Shown: positions 51,589 to 60,250 of the stretch, piece by piece
How the letters are laid out: each line of letters starts with the position of its first letter
How positions within the stretch are numbered: the stretch's first letter is position 1
DNA from: a virus
Length of the DNA: 64,000 nucleotides
Virus record (IMG/VR): IMGVR_UViG_3300045988_172778
Coordinates: 32,001 to 96,000 of that record
Strand: one strand, 5' to 3'
Translations under genes and position numbers: made by a program
Notes under the pieces: generated by a model
Told to the model about the DNA's origin: nothing
The model's input: the letters and a program-made list of their open reading frames with translations, nothing else
The model's database searches: none

Positions 51589-52653
51589 ATGCTCAAAGAC
51601 ATAAAGGAAAAACTCATAACCAACGCGGATGCGCTCATCGAATTACTCGAAGAATTCGGGTTTGAAAAAATCACCCCGCGAGTAAGCGAAATTCGGTGCG
51701 CCCGTGACGCAGATGGTGGCGGCAATAACATTCAAATTCGTCTCAATAATAACGACGGCGTGTATGTTACCGATTACGTACGCGGAACGAAAGGCGAAGA
51801 TATAATCGCTTATATAATGCGCGAGAAAGGCGTTGATTTCCGCACAGTCGTTGGGAAAATTCAGAAAATTCTCGGTTTATCGGACGATTGGGCGAAGCAA
51901 AAACAATTGCCGTTATTTGGCGGGTTTTACAATCAAATCGGGCGAAAGAACGCGGAAATCGAAGTGAAGACTTATCCCGAAAGTGTGCTCGACCAATACG
52001 ATATGACGCCGAATGAACGTTGGATTAAAGACGGTATCACGATCGAGGCACAGCGGTTTTACAATGTGGGATATGACCAATACGACCAAAGAATTATATT
52101 TCCTATTCGTAGTGCGGAAACGGGCATGCTCATGGGAATTAAAAAAAGACGCAATTATTCAACGACTGACGAGAGTGACCCGAAATATGTTTACGAAAAA
52201 GACTATGCTTGCTTAATGAGCCAAACGCTTTTCAATTATTCGGAAAGTTACGGCGATTTATATGGGAACGAAGTTTGGGTTGTAGAAGCAGAAAAAACTT
52301 GCTTACAGGCATATGGATTTGGAGTTCATAATGTTGTCGCCCTTGGTTCACATTCATTGTCAGAAAAACAAGCGCAATTAATTCTTCAACTTAATCCAAA
52401 ACGAATAATTATGGCACTTGATGAGGGTTTGGACAAAACAAACCCCGAGGCACTTGATATTAATATGAAAATGCTTAAATCGTTTTCGGCGTTGCGCGAT
52501 CTTGAATTATGGTACTGGGACTCAACGCTCGACCCGATGATTAAAGGGACAAAATGCGGTCCGTGCGACAATGGCGCGGAGTATTTCGAAAAAGTGAAAA
52601 ACGAGCAACTAAAAAGGTGGAATTATGGCAAAGAAAAAGACGAAGAAGTTTAA
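51589..52653 (+). CDS. DnaG-like primase (TOPRIM) with a degenerate zinc-finger region
   Basis: 354 aa. VWVVEAEKTCLQAYGFG..VVALGSHSLS..IIMALDEGLD forms a TOPRIM Glu plus acidic cluster. The N-terminal region has the spacing of a CHC2 finger but lacks the Cys/His ligands. Confidence 0.6.
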   Translation: MLKDIKEKLITNADALIELLEEFGFEKITPRVSEIRCARDADGGGNNIQIRLNNNDGVYVTDYVRGTKGEDIIAYIMREKGVDFRTVVGKIQKILGLSDDWAKQKQLPLFGGFYNQIGRKNAEIEVKTYPESVLDQYDMTPNERWIKDGITIEAQRFYNVGYDQYDQRIIFPIRSAETGMLMGIKKRRNYSTTDESDPKYVYEKDYACLMSQTLFNYSESYGDLYGNEVWVVEAEKTCLQAYGFGVHNVVALGSHSLSEKQAQLILQLNPKRIIMALDEGLDKTNPEALDINMKMLKSFSALRDLELWYWDSTLDPMIKGTKCGPCDNGAEYFEKVKNEQLKRWNYGKEKDEEV

Positions 52654-53059
52654 GGGGTTTCACAATTTGTCGGCGGGGCTTTTTGGCTATTACGGTTGGC
52701 GTTGGTATAAAAATATCGGCGATTTTTGGATTTTGATTAAGCGCGTATTTTTCGTCTTGAATCACGGTTATGCTCCGCAAGCGTTATGGGAAACTGACGG
52801 TTGGTTTATCGGGGTTATGCGGGAGATTTTGACAGATTACCGTAATAATCGAGGTTTCGTCGGGTTTTTTGACCGCGAAACAGAAACCGAAGAAGAAGAC
52901 GAGAAAAAGACGAATGAATTGCTCGATCATATGATTGGTTTGCTCGATAAAATGGAACTTGATTATATGTATGATGAAAAAACAATAAAAGAATCCGATG
53001 AAGCGAGAGAGGAATTTTTTGCATTATTTTGCAAATATTTTTATTCATTTTGCGATTAA
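52625..53059 (+). CDS. hypothetical early protein
   Basis: 144 aa with a basic N-terminus, an aromatic-rich core and an acidic linker. Confidence 0.45.
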   Translation: MAKKKTKKFKGFHNLSAGLFGYYGWRWYKNIGDFWILIKRVFFVLNHGYAPQALWETDGWFIGVMREILTDYRNNRGFVGFFDRETETEEEDEKKTNELLDHMIGLLDKMELDYMYDEKTIKESDEAREEFFALFCKYFYSFCD

Positions 53060-53074
53060 AAGGAGAGGTGGAAG

Positions 53075-54316
53075 ATGTCGAAATTTAAAACTTATAAAGA
53101 TGTGAAAATTGCGGTATATGCGATATGTAAAAACGAGGCGAAATTCATTGACGGGTGGTTAAAGAATGTTTGGTGTGATGGAAAGGGCGCTGACGGGGTT
53201 TATGTTCTCGACACTGGTTCAACCGATTCGACATTACAGGATTTCGAAAGCGTTTCCAAAGCAATCGGCGCACCCGAAGGTTGGTTGACCGTTAAACAAA
53301 AGACGTATGAGAAGTGGCGTTTTGATACGGGGCGCAACGACAATCTCGCAATGGTACCGCCCGAAAAATACGACGTTTTTTATTGTATCGACCTCGACGA
53401 AAAGGTTATCCCTGATTTTTGGGATGATTTGCGGAAGATGGTTTTTGAACACCCCGATTTTGAGCGTATATATTACCAATATGCGTGGTCGCATGATGAA
53501 GAGACGGGCGAACCGAAATTGTATTTTTGGTACGACAAAATTCACGGCACGCGCGGCTGGCGCTGGGATTGCCCCGTACATGAGGCATTAAAATGCGATG
53601 AGCCTGAAAAATATGGATATCATGGCATTTATTACCTCAATTCGGACAAAATATATCTCCATCATTACCCCGATCCAACAAAAAGTAGAGGGTCTTATTT
53701 AGGGCTTTTAAAATTAAGGACCGAAGAATGCCCCGAAGATTTATATGGCTTGTATTATCTCGCGAGGGAATATACGTTTTATAATGATTCGGCGAATGCC
53801 TCAAAAACACTTTTTGAATTATATGTTAGATTGCTTAAAACAAATCCGACAAAAAAAGAATTGGAAGGTCGCAGCGATACAAAGATGTTGCCTATAACGT
53901 GCTGTTTATTAGGTGATACATTGAGAAAATGCGGGTTAAAAGACGACGCAGAATTTTATTATCGTAGGGCGTTTCATTTTAATAATACAATAGGCGCCCA
54001 ATATATTAAATTAGCACAATTATTGGCTTATAGCGGCAGAAGTGAAGAATGTTATGCTGTTTTAAAGGAAATGGATGACAAAGCCGTTAAAGACACCGAT
54101 TGGCGTTTCGCTGAATATTACTGGCGCGATTGGAAAAAATTCCAAATTATAGCGGATGCGAAATGTTGGGAAGGAAAGTACGAGGAAGCACAAAAATATT
54201 TCGATATGGCATTTGCCGACATTAAAACCGTTTCGGATAAAACCGATGCAACAAATGAAGGATTGTATACGGATTATGCTTGGTTGGTAAATCATTTGGC
54301 GGAACAGAAAAAATAA
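53075..54316 (+). CDS. family-2-like glycosyltransferase fused to TPR repeats
   Basis: 413 aa. IAVYAICKNEAKFI..VYVLDTGSTDST plus YCIDLDEKV (DxD) make up the GT-A signature. The C-terminal ~180 aa has TPR-like repeats (YYLAREY.., FYYRRAF.., KYEEAQKYFDMAF). Confidence 0.65.
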   Translation: MSKFKTYKDVKIAVYAICKNEAKFIDGWLKNVWCDGKGADGVYVLDTGSTDSTLQDFESVSKAIGAPEGWLTVKQKTYEKWRFDTGRNDNLAMVPPEKYDVFYCIDLDEKVIPDFWDDLRKMVFEHPDFERIYYQYAWSHDEETGEPKLYFWYDKIHGTRGWRWDCPVHEALKCDEPEKYGYHGIYYLNSDKIYLHHYPDPTKSRGSYLGLLKLRTEECPEDLYGLYYLAREYTFYNDSANASKTLFELYVRLLKTNPTKKELEGRSDTKMLPITCCLLGDTLRKCGLKDDAEFYYRRAFHFNNTIGAQYIKLAQLLAYSGRSEECYAVLKEMDDKAVKDTDWRFAEYYWRDWKKFQIIADAKCWEGKYEEAQKYFDMAFADIKTVSDKTDATNEGLYTDYAWLVNHLAEQKK

Positions 54317-54324
54317 TTTTTTTG

Positions 54325-54361
54325 AGAATTGTTAAGTAAAATGCTTGACAATTCTTTTTTT
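54325..54361 (+). terminator. terminator hairpin overlapping the next promoter
   Basis: Arms agaattgt / acaattct followed by tttttt. The 3' arm contains the -35 box. Confidence 0.55.
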
Positions 54362-54373
54362 ATCTGTTATACT
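54345..54373 (+). promoter_or_regulatory. sigma-A promoter (early P2)
   Basis: TTGACA, a 17-nt spacer ending in TGT, and TATACT. Confidence 0.7.
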
Positions 54374-54421
54374 AATACCAAGAAATGAATAATAGCATCA
54401 TTTTAATAGGAGAGAAATATC

Positions 54422-54736
54422 ATGAAAATTCTGAACAATAGCAAAGAAACAAAAGAATATCTCAACTCATTACCGAAAGCCTATATTGCAGCTTGCTGGG
54501 CTGGTTGGGGTGTTCGAGGTTTCCCTTTTAGCGGTAAATATGCAGACAAAGAAAAAATGGACCCGCTCGTTTGGGATTATTTCGATTTCAACGGAGCCGC
54601 CGATGAATGGCATTTAATCAGTATTTACGACACGACAACTGGATTTATTGCTGGTTGGTCTTTTAATGAGGCGATGTTAAAAGATTATGTTCGACTTAAA
54701 AACATTGAACGCGGAGAAGGGTGGCGAAATGAGTAA
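54422..54736 (+). CDS. hypothetical early protein
   Basis: 104 aa with RBS AGGAGAG. Confidence 0.5.
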   Translation: MKILNNSKETKEYLNSLPKAYIAACWAGWGVRGFPFSGKYADKEKMDPLVWDYFDFNGAADEWHLISIYDTTTGFIAGWSFNEAMLKDYVRLKNIERGEGWRNE

Positions 54737-55052
54737 ACTCGTAAAAGCGTATAAATACGACGGGCGATTATATTCCGATGAAGACCGTGTGCAATGCTTA
54801 CCGATTTACACTTTGTATCGAAAGTTGGAAGATGAAGAGAAAGTTACAACGGTTTTGGATTATGGACGTTCTGATTGTTTGGCGGAATATTATTATATGC
54901 CAGAGGATTATCAAAGCGGATTTCTTAATTATCAAATTGAAGATTTAACTGAATTTTTAGATAAATTTGCGGATAGACTTGGAATAGAGATTTTGGAGAT
55001 AGAAAAATGTATACGGAAAAGGAGACAAAAAGATGAAACGCGAATGTATTGA
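54729..55052 (+). CDS. hypothetical early protein
   Basis: ATG at 54729, overlapping the upstream gene. 107 aa. Confidence 0.45.
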   Translation: MSKLVKAYKYDGRLYSDEDRVQCLPIYTLYRKLEDEEKVTTVLDYGRSDCLAEYYYMPEDYQSGFLNYQIEDLTEFLDKFADRLGIEILEIEKCIRKRRQKDETRMY

Positions 55053-55326
55053 TAAATTAGCGAAACTTTTAGACGAGGCGGGAGTGCCTTATACCAGAAA
55101 ACCGATTTGGGATGGAGAGCAAATTCGCATTGAGGTGCTTTGCGATGCGGTTTGTCATAATTTTTCTTATGGGAATGAAAATGACCTTTTAGAAATTATA
55201 GGTGCCGTAACAGAAGAAGAGTGCGAATTTAGTGATGTTTTAGGGTTTTTAACACCCGAAGAGGTCGCAAAAAGATTTGAGTATTGTTATCACAATAACA
55301 CAGACACTTATCGCGAGGAAAAATAA
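55033..55326 (+). CDS. hypothetical early protein
   Basis: 97 aa, with overlapping starts and stops. Confidence 0.45.
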   Translation: MKRECIDKLAKLLDEAGVPYTRKPIWDGEQIRIEVLCDAVCHNFSYGNENDLLEIIGAVTEEECEFSDVLGFLTPEEVAKRFEYCYHNNTDTYREEK

Positions 55327-55788
55327 ATGAACGGAATAGTGGAAATAATTATTTTGATAGCTTGTTGTGGAGTTTTAGGCGTTGGCGCTGCTTGTTTTAT
55401 TGGAGAAGGGATATTGGTTCGCCGTTACAAAAAATTTTACGAGACTACCGAAGATGGAAAGAAATTATATTATGCCAGATATATGTTGGATCTTCTTAAA
55501 ATAAAAAAATGCAGCTTTATTAGAAACCAAATGCAATTAAAAGATAAAATAGATGAATATATAGCATATATGCCAGACGATAATGAGAATGGAGAAAATT
55601 TAATAAAATTAAAACTTCAATACAAGTGTAATATCGAAGAATTAAAAAGAATAAATCAAAAAATAGAGGATTTAGAAAAGCAAATCAAAAAAATGGTAGC
55701 AGATTTGCCCAAAAAGTATAAAGGAATTTTAGACTATAACTGGGAAATCGCGAAAGTGGAAGTTAAGGAGGAAGACATATGTTGGTAA
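55327..55788 (+). CDS. membrane-anchored coiled-coil protein
   Basis: 153 aa with an N-terminal TM helix (IIILIACCGVLGVGAACFIG). Confidence 0.45.
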   Translation: MNGIVEIIILIACCGVLGVGAACFIGEGILVRRYKKFYETTEDGKKLYYARYMLDLLKIKKCSFIRNQMQLKDKIDEYIAYMPDDNENGENLIKLKLQYKCNIEELKRINQKIEDLEKQIKKMVADLPKKYKGILDYNWEIAKVEVKEEDICW

Positions 55789-56159
55789 AAGATTGGCTGA
55801 GCGTGGTTGTTCCCGCGTCGAATATTGAGGTTGTATACGGGAATCTCTCGGCATATGGAACAAAGGAAAGCATAGAGGAAGATTACGGGGATTTCGACTT
55901 GAAAAGAGTCGAGCAAGTAGATGATACAGATTTGTTAATTCTTTATGTTTCTAAATATACAGAATGCGATTGTTATCGGACCAAAAAAGTGAGACATTAT
56001 CTTACAGAATACGAAAAAGGATTTTATGCCGCATTACATGGTGGTTCCCCTGTAGATTATATAATTGAAGACCAATCTTATTGTATAGGTACAAAAGAGT
56101 GCGAATTTTGTACCTGTGGTGGAGATAAAAGAAAGTGTGATTTTTATCCTGCTAAATAA
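55779..56159 (+). CDS. hypothetical protein with a C-terminal Cys cluster
   Basis: 126 aa, ending ..CEFCTCGGDKRKCDFYPAK. Confidence 0.45.
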   Translation: MLVKDWLSVVVPASNIEVVYGNLSAYGTKESIEEDYGDFDLKRVEQVDDTDLLILYVSKYTECDCYRTKKVRHYLTEYEKGFYAALHGGSPVDYIIEDQSYCIGTKECEFCTCGGDKRKCDFYPAK

Positions 56160-56193
56160 AATCGGAATTTTATCAAAAACCTCGTTCAAACAG

Positions 56194-56222
56194 TTGACAA
56201 ACGGATTTCGGTGTGCTATAAT
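56194..56222 (+). promoter_or_regulatory. consensus sigma-A promoter (early P3)
   Basis: TTGACA, a 17-nt spacer ending in TGC, and TATAAT. Confidence 0.75.
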
Positions 56223-56251
56223 AAAGCCACAGATTGAGTAAAGGAGTAAAT

Positions 56252-56368
56252 ATGAGAGAAGATTATACTTTTTGTTATGATAATGTTCCTATTGACTTTA
56301 AAGCTTATGTGCTAAATCAACTTAGAAATTTGGGTTATTTTAATTGGCTTAGAGATGAACCTAGATGA
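56252..56368 (+). CDS. small ORF (38 aa), below the track threshold
   Basis: ATG lies 7 nt after AAAGGAG. Sequence MREDYTFCYDNVPIDFKAYVLNQLRNLGYFNWLRDEPR. It is the first ORF after the promoter. Confidence 0.4.
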   Translation: MREDYTFCYDNVPIDFKAYVLNQLRNLGYFNWLRDEPR

Positions 56369-56504
56369 ATTAAAGAAGAGGAAGATTTTTTAAATTATCC
56401 CTTACATAGAAAGGGAAATAAAACGAGACCAAAAAAGAATAAGAGAAGCCAAGGAATTTCTTAAACGAATAAAAGAGCACCCTGATGAAGAGTATGGGAA
56501 ATAC

Positions 56505-56921
56505 GTGAAAGACGAAACCGAGAAATGGCAGGCGCAGTATAATACCAAAATTAATAACGAAACAGATTATGCCACTGAGCGCATTAAATACCTGAAACGC
56601 CGTGCCGATGAGTTGCAGTCTTTTCTTAATAGTTGGGAGACGCCTGATGAATATTACAACGTGACTGAAACTTTGAATAATCAGCTTCGGACTGTAAGAA
56701 AAGAAGTCAAAGAGCAGCAAGAAGATAGAAAACTGTTTTATGACAACCTTGAAGACAAACCCGTTATAGCGTCTAAGGAAGTTTATCTGGAAGATATTAA
56801 AGAACAGTGTGAAGACATTATAAAGAGAAGTCGGAATTGGATTTCTGATAATAAAAGAAATATCGAAAGAATGAAAAAGCAACTCGCCCGCCTCAGTCGT
56901 GGATGTTTGTTGAAGAGATAG
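56505..56921 (+). CDS. coiled-coil protein, start uncertain
   Basis: The frame is open from 56394. The only start is a GTG at 56505 with a poor RBS. An in-frame ATG at 56355 is separated from it by a single TAA (56391). Confidence 0.4.
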   Translation: MKDETEKWQAQYNTKINNETDYATERIKYLKRRADELQSFLNSWETPDEYYNVTETLNNQLRTVRKEVKEQQEDRKLFYDNLEDKPVIASKEVYLEDIKEQCEDIIKRSRNWISDNKRNIERMKKQLARLSRGCLLKR

Positions 56922-56949
56922 AAATAAGATAAAAACAAGGAGAGAAACA

Positions 56950-57282
56950 ATGATTAAAATTTGGGTTGATGATGAAAGAGAAATGCCAAAAGACTATAGT
57001 TGTACCGCTTGTACAACTAGATGTGCTCTTTATTTTATCAAGAAAGCTTTTTATAATAAAGATGATGTAGAAATTTCTCTCGATCATGATGCTGGAAAAT
57101 ATGCTGATATGGGCGGGGATTATATTAAAATTTTAGAGAAATTGGAAGCTTTATCTTATGAATATCCAATGGTTAAAGATTATATCAAAAACAAAATGGT
57201 CTTCCATCTTCATACTGCAAATCCAGTCGGAAGAGACAATATGAGAAGAATTATTCAGAAAAATGGTTGGAAGGAAGTATGA
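56950..57282 (+). CDS. receiver-like domain protein (cyclic-phosphate-processing REC / cREC-type pattern)
   Basis: 110 aa. IKIWVDDERxxP ... ISLDHDAG ... HLHTANPVGRDNM matches the widespread phage pattern I.LDDxR..//..SLDHDLG..//..HSxNPxGxxxM. Confidence 0.55.
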   Translation: MIKIWVDDEREMPKDYSCTACTTRCALYFIKKAFYNKDDVEISLDHDAGKYADMGGDYIKILEKLEALSYEYPMVKDYIKNKMVFHLHTANPVGRDNMRRIIQKNGWKEV

Positions 57283-57386
57283 AAGATAGAGATAATTTAA
57301 AATAAGTATAAAAATATAGCGTCAACTAATTTTATACTATAATATATAATTAAATTATAAAAATTATTTGGAGGTGCCATTGAAAT

Positions 57387-58502
57387 ATGGTAGGATTTAT
57401 TTTAGGTTTAATTGCTATTGCAATTGGTGTTATTGTTGGAGCAGTTCTTAAGGGATACTCTATTATGGAAGCTGTAACTAACTCTAATAATGAAAGAGTT
57501 AAGGTTAAGACCAATCCTCTTAAGAAATATGCAGTCATTCCTATTGCAGCTGGAATTGTTTTAGGGTGTATTGGTACATTCTGTGGTAGTGTTGTGTCGG
57601 TAACTACAGGTAATACTGGTGTTGTATCTACTTTCGGTAAAGTTGAAAACTATACTCTTGAGTCAGGGTTCCATTTTAAAGCTCCTTGGAATACTGTAAC
57701 AGAGATGGATAATAGAGTTCAGAAGCAGACTATTGAAATGAAATGCTTTAGCTCTGATATTCAGGAAGTTAGTATGAAATATACTCTTAACTATCAAATT
57801 GATCGTGCTAATGCACAGGAAATTTATAGAACTATAGGTAAAGATTATTATTCAACTATTATTGAACCTAATATTACTGAGGCTGTAAAAGTTGCTTCTG
57901 CTCAGTATACCGCAGAAAAGCTAGTTCAAACTAGAAGTGAATTAGCAGATGATATTGAAAAACTATTGAGAGAAAATCTTAATAAATATCATATTAATGT
58001 AAGTTCAACTGCTATTGAGGATATGGATTTTACGGATGCTTTCACTAATGCAGTAGAAGCAAAGCAGGTTGCAGAACAGAAGAAGAAACAAGCAGAAATT
58101 GAACAGTCTCAGCAACTTGCTCAAGCTGAAAATGATAAGAAAATTGCTGAAACAAAAGCTAAAGCTGAAGCTGAGGTAGCAAAGATTAAAGCAGAAGCAG
58201 ATATGGAAGTAGCTAAGATTGAAGCTGATACAGCTGAATATGCAGGTCAGAAAAATGCAGCTATTGCACTTCAAGGACTTGCCTCTACAAATGGGTGGAC
58301 AGTTGTAACTTATAAAAATCCTGATGGTGCTTCTATCAATAAGCTTCTTAAATCTGATGGTGAAGTTGTAACTCAAGCTGAACTTGAAATTGGTGTTAAG
58401 AATTATCTTGAAAAACTTAAAAATGATAAATGGGATGGTAAGTTGCCTGTTTACTATCTTGGATCTGATGGAAGTATTACAACTGTAATTCCTACACCAT
58501 GA
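57387..58502 (+). CDS. SPFH/band-7 (prohibitin/HflC-like) membrane protein
   Basis: 371 aa with two N-terminal TM helices. The SPFH core reads TGNTGVVSTFGKVENYTLESGFHFKAPWNTV..IEPNITEAVKVASAQYTAEKLVQTRSELADDIEKLL..I.DMDFTDAFTNAVEAKQVAEQ, followed by an Ala/Glu/Lys coiled coil. Codons are strongly AT-biased. Confidence 0.85.
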   Translation: MVGFILGLIAIAIGVIVGAVLKGYSIMEAVTNSNNERVKVKTNPLKKYAVIPIAAGIVLGCIGTFCGSVVSVTTGNTGVVSTFGKVENYTLESGFHFKAPWNTVTEMDNRVQKQTIEMKCFSSDIQEVSMKYTLNYQIDRANAQEIYRTIGKDYYSTIIEPNITEAVKVASAQYTAEKLVQTRSELADDIEKLLRENLNKYHINVSSTAIEDMDFTDAFTNAVEAKQVAEQKKKQAEIEQSQQLAQAENDKKIAETKAKAEAEVAKIKAEADMEVAKIEADTAEYAGQKNAAIALQGLASTNGWTVVTYKNPDGASINKLLKSDGEVVTQAELEIGVKNYLEKLKNDKWDGKLPVYYLGSDGSITTVIPTP

Positions 58503-58792
58503 AGGGGATGAAGAACATGAGAATAATTTGTAATTCAATTGGTCTTAATATAGAAACAGAGGTAATATTTGCTGGGAGAAGGTTAGTAACGCAAGGTCTA
58601 TCAATTAAACAATTATGCGATTTGTGGAAATGGTATTATCATATTTCATCATTTGAAAAAGTTGAAATTGTATTTTGTCATGATAAAGATTACAATGCAA
58701 TAAATCAGAAAACCTTGTCAAGTTCCAAATCGGTAAAAGAAATGCTTGAAGAAGAAGGTTTCGTTTGTAAAAAATTTGACGAGGTTTTTTGA
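58499..58792 (+). CDS. hypothetical protein
   Basis: There are three in-frame ATGs (58499, 58508, 58517); 58517 has the best RBS spacing. About 91-97 aa. Confidence 0.45.
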   Translation: MKGMKNMRIICNSIGLNIETEVIFAGRRLVTQGLSIKQLCDLWKWYYHISSFEKVEIVFCHDKDYNAINQKTLSSSKSVKEMLEEEGFVCKKFDEVF

Positions 58793-58793
58793 T

Positions 58794-59123
58794 ATGTGTG
58801 ATTGCAAACATTGTAGTGAAAGGTTTAATTTCGACCCAAAAGATGGGAAAGAATATTCTTATTGCGTTTGTTTGCGCGATGATAATTATCTCGAATATTG
58901 TTTTGCCGAAGATGGCGGTAAATGCCGCCTTTACGAACCGCCAGAAGATAAAATCTGCCGAAACATAACCAAAGAAAATCCCGTAGATGATTTCGTTTGC
59001 TCGAAGTGCGGCGTTCATTTATACGACTGGATTAGAGTACGCGATGAGGATTATTACGAATACGAGTTTAAGTATTGCCCGAATTGCGGGGGCAAGGTGG
59101 TGGAAGATGGTAAAGTCTTGTAA
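58794..59123 (+). CDS. Cys-rich protein with a C-terminal zinc ribbon
   Basis: ATG at 58794. MCDCKHC..YCVC..YC..KC.LYEPP then CSKCG..CPNCG. Confidence 0.5.
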   Translation: MCDCKHCSERFNFDPKDGKEYSYCVCLRDDNYLEYCFAEDGGKCRLYEPPEDKICRNITKENPVDDFVCSKCGVHLYDWIRVRDEDYYEYEFKYCPNCGGKVVEDGKVL

Positions 59124-59340
59124 GTATTGCTCACTTAGAAAAATTGACGGGCATTGGGACTTCCGTTGTTCGCACGAAGGTAATTATTTGCAAAAATGCG
59201 CAAATGGGTTTAATCGGTCTTGTGACTTGTTTAAAGAAGAACCGAAAGGTGCTATTGTCAGAATTACATATAGCGGTCCAAGAGCAGAGATGCTAAAGCT
59301 CTTGGAAGAATTGGGCGGTTCAATAGAAGAAGATAAATAA
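59107..59340 (+). CDS. Cys-rich protein
   Basis: ATG at 59107. 77 aa. CKYC..RCSHEG..KC..SCDLFKEEP. Confidence 0.45.
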   Translation: MVKSCKYCSLRKIDGHWDFRCSHEGNYLQKCANGFNRSCDLFKEEPKGAIVRITYSGPRAEMLKLLEELGGSIEEDK

Positions 59341-59352
59341 AAAAAATTTTTG

Positions 59353-59385
59353 GTCAACTGTGTAAAAACAGTTGACTTTTCTTTT
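59353..59385 (+). terminator. rho-independent terminator overlapping the next promoter
   Basis: Arms gtcaactg / cagttgac with an 8-nt loop, followed by ttttctttt. The 3' arm carries the -35 box. Confidence 0.7.
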
Positions 59386-59400
59386 CGGTTATGTTATAAT
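59372..59400 (+). promoter_or_regulatory. sigma-A promoter (early P4)
   Basis: TTGACT, a 17-nt spacer ending in TGT, and TATAAT. Confidence 0.7.
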
Positions 59401-59429
59401 CAAATTATCAAGTTAAAGGAGTGGTTTTC

Positions 59430-59765
59430 ATGAAAGACTATAAAAAATTAACCTTTAAAAGATTGGTAGAACCTTACGATGACGATTGCGAAGAAACCGA
59501 AAACGCGTCTACCGCAAGTTACGAGGAAATTTTAGAACGCCTTGCTGAATTAGAAGATAAAATCGAGGACGGAACACTTGTTGAATTACCGTGCAAATGT
59601 ATAGAAGAATTAGACATTATTAAAGACGGAATGATTTTTATTTTTTATAAAATGTGTTTAGAACAAAATTTGGGACAAGGGGTTTTTCTCGAATACAAAT
59701 CAAAAATCAATGAGTGGTTTAAAAGCTATTTAAAAAACAAAGGATTACAGGAGAAAGAGAAATGA
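59430..59765 (+). CDS. MKDYKKLTF-family protein (N-module only)
   Basis: ATG at 59430 behind AAAGGAG. MKDYKKLTFK..ASYEEILERLAELEDKIEDGTLVELPC. Confidence 0.5.
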   Translation: MKDYKKLTFKRLVEPYDDDCEETENASTASYEEILERLAELEDKIEDGTLVELPCKCIEELDIIKDGMIFIFYKMCLEQNLGQGVFLEYKSKINEWFKSYLKNKGLQEKEK

Positions 59766-60250
59766 AAGACTATAAAAGATTGACTTTTAAAAAAAGTAAA
59801 AACATATCTTCTGCAAGTTACGACGAATTATTAAATCGTCTTACCGATCTGGAAGATAAAATCGAAAACGGAACTCTTATTGAGGTTGAGTCGCCTTGTA
59901 CAGAAGAAAAGTTTGATTATATTTGCAAGTATTATGAGAATGGCTTGTGTCATCTTGGTGAGGAATTATTTGGTACTCCACCTCAGTTTCAGTTGTGTGA
60001 TTGTATAAATGACTTTGAAAATTGTATGGGTTCTAAACCAATTAAATATGAAAAAGAACAGAAGATTGGCATAACTCTTAAAGAAATCAAACAGGATGCC
60101 ATTACACAATTAATCAATCTTGTAAATAAAAAATTGAATACATTGTGTAATAATAAACGCAACACCAAATTATCGGCTTTTTATTTATCCAATATGATAA
60201 AAGAAGCTTTACATGAACTTGGATATGAGGTTCGAATATATGAAATGTAA
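59762..60250 (+). CDS. chimeric paralog: MKDYKRLTF N-module + Cys module
   Basis: The N-terminus aligns with ORF 59430. Residues ~55-105 (ICKYYENGLCH...CDCINDFENC...KYEKE) align with ORF 60240. Confidence 0.55.
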   Translation: MKDYKRLTFKKSKNISSASYDELLNRLTDLEDKIENGTLIEVESPCTEEKFDYICKYYENGLCHLGEELFGTPPQFQLCDCINDFENCMGSKPIKYEKEQKIGITLKEIKQDAITQLINLVNKKLNTLCNNKRNTKLSAFYLSNMIKEALHELGYEVRIYEM

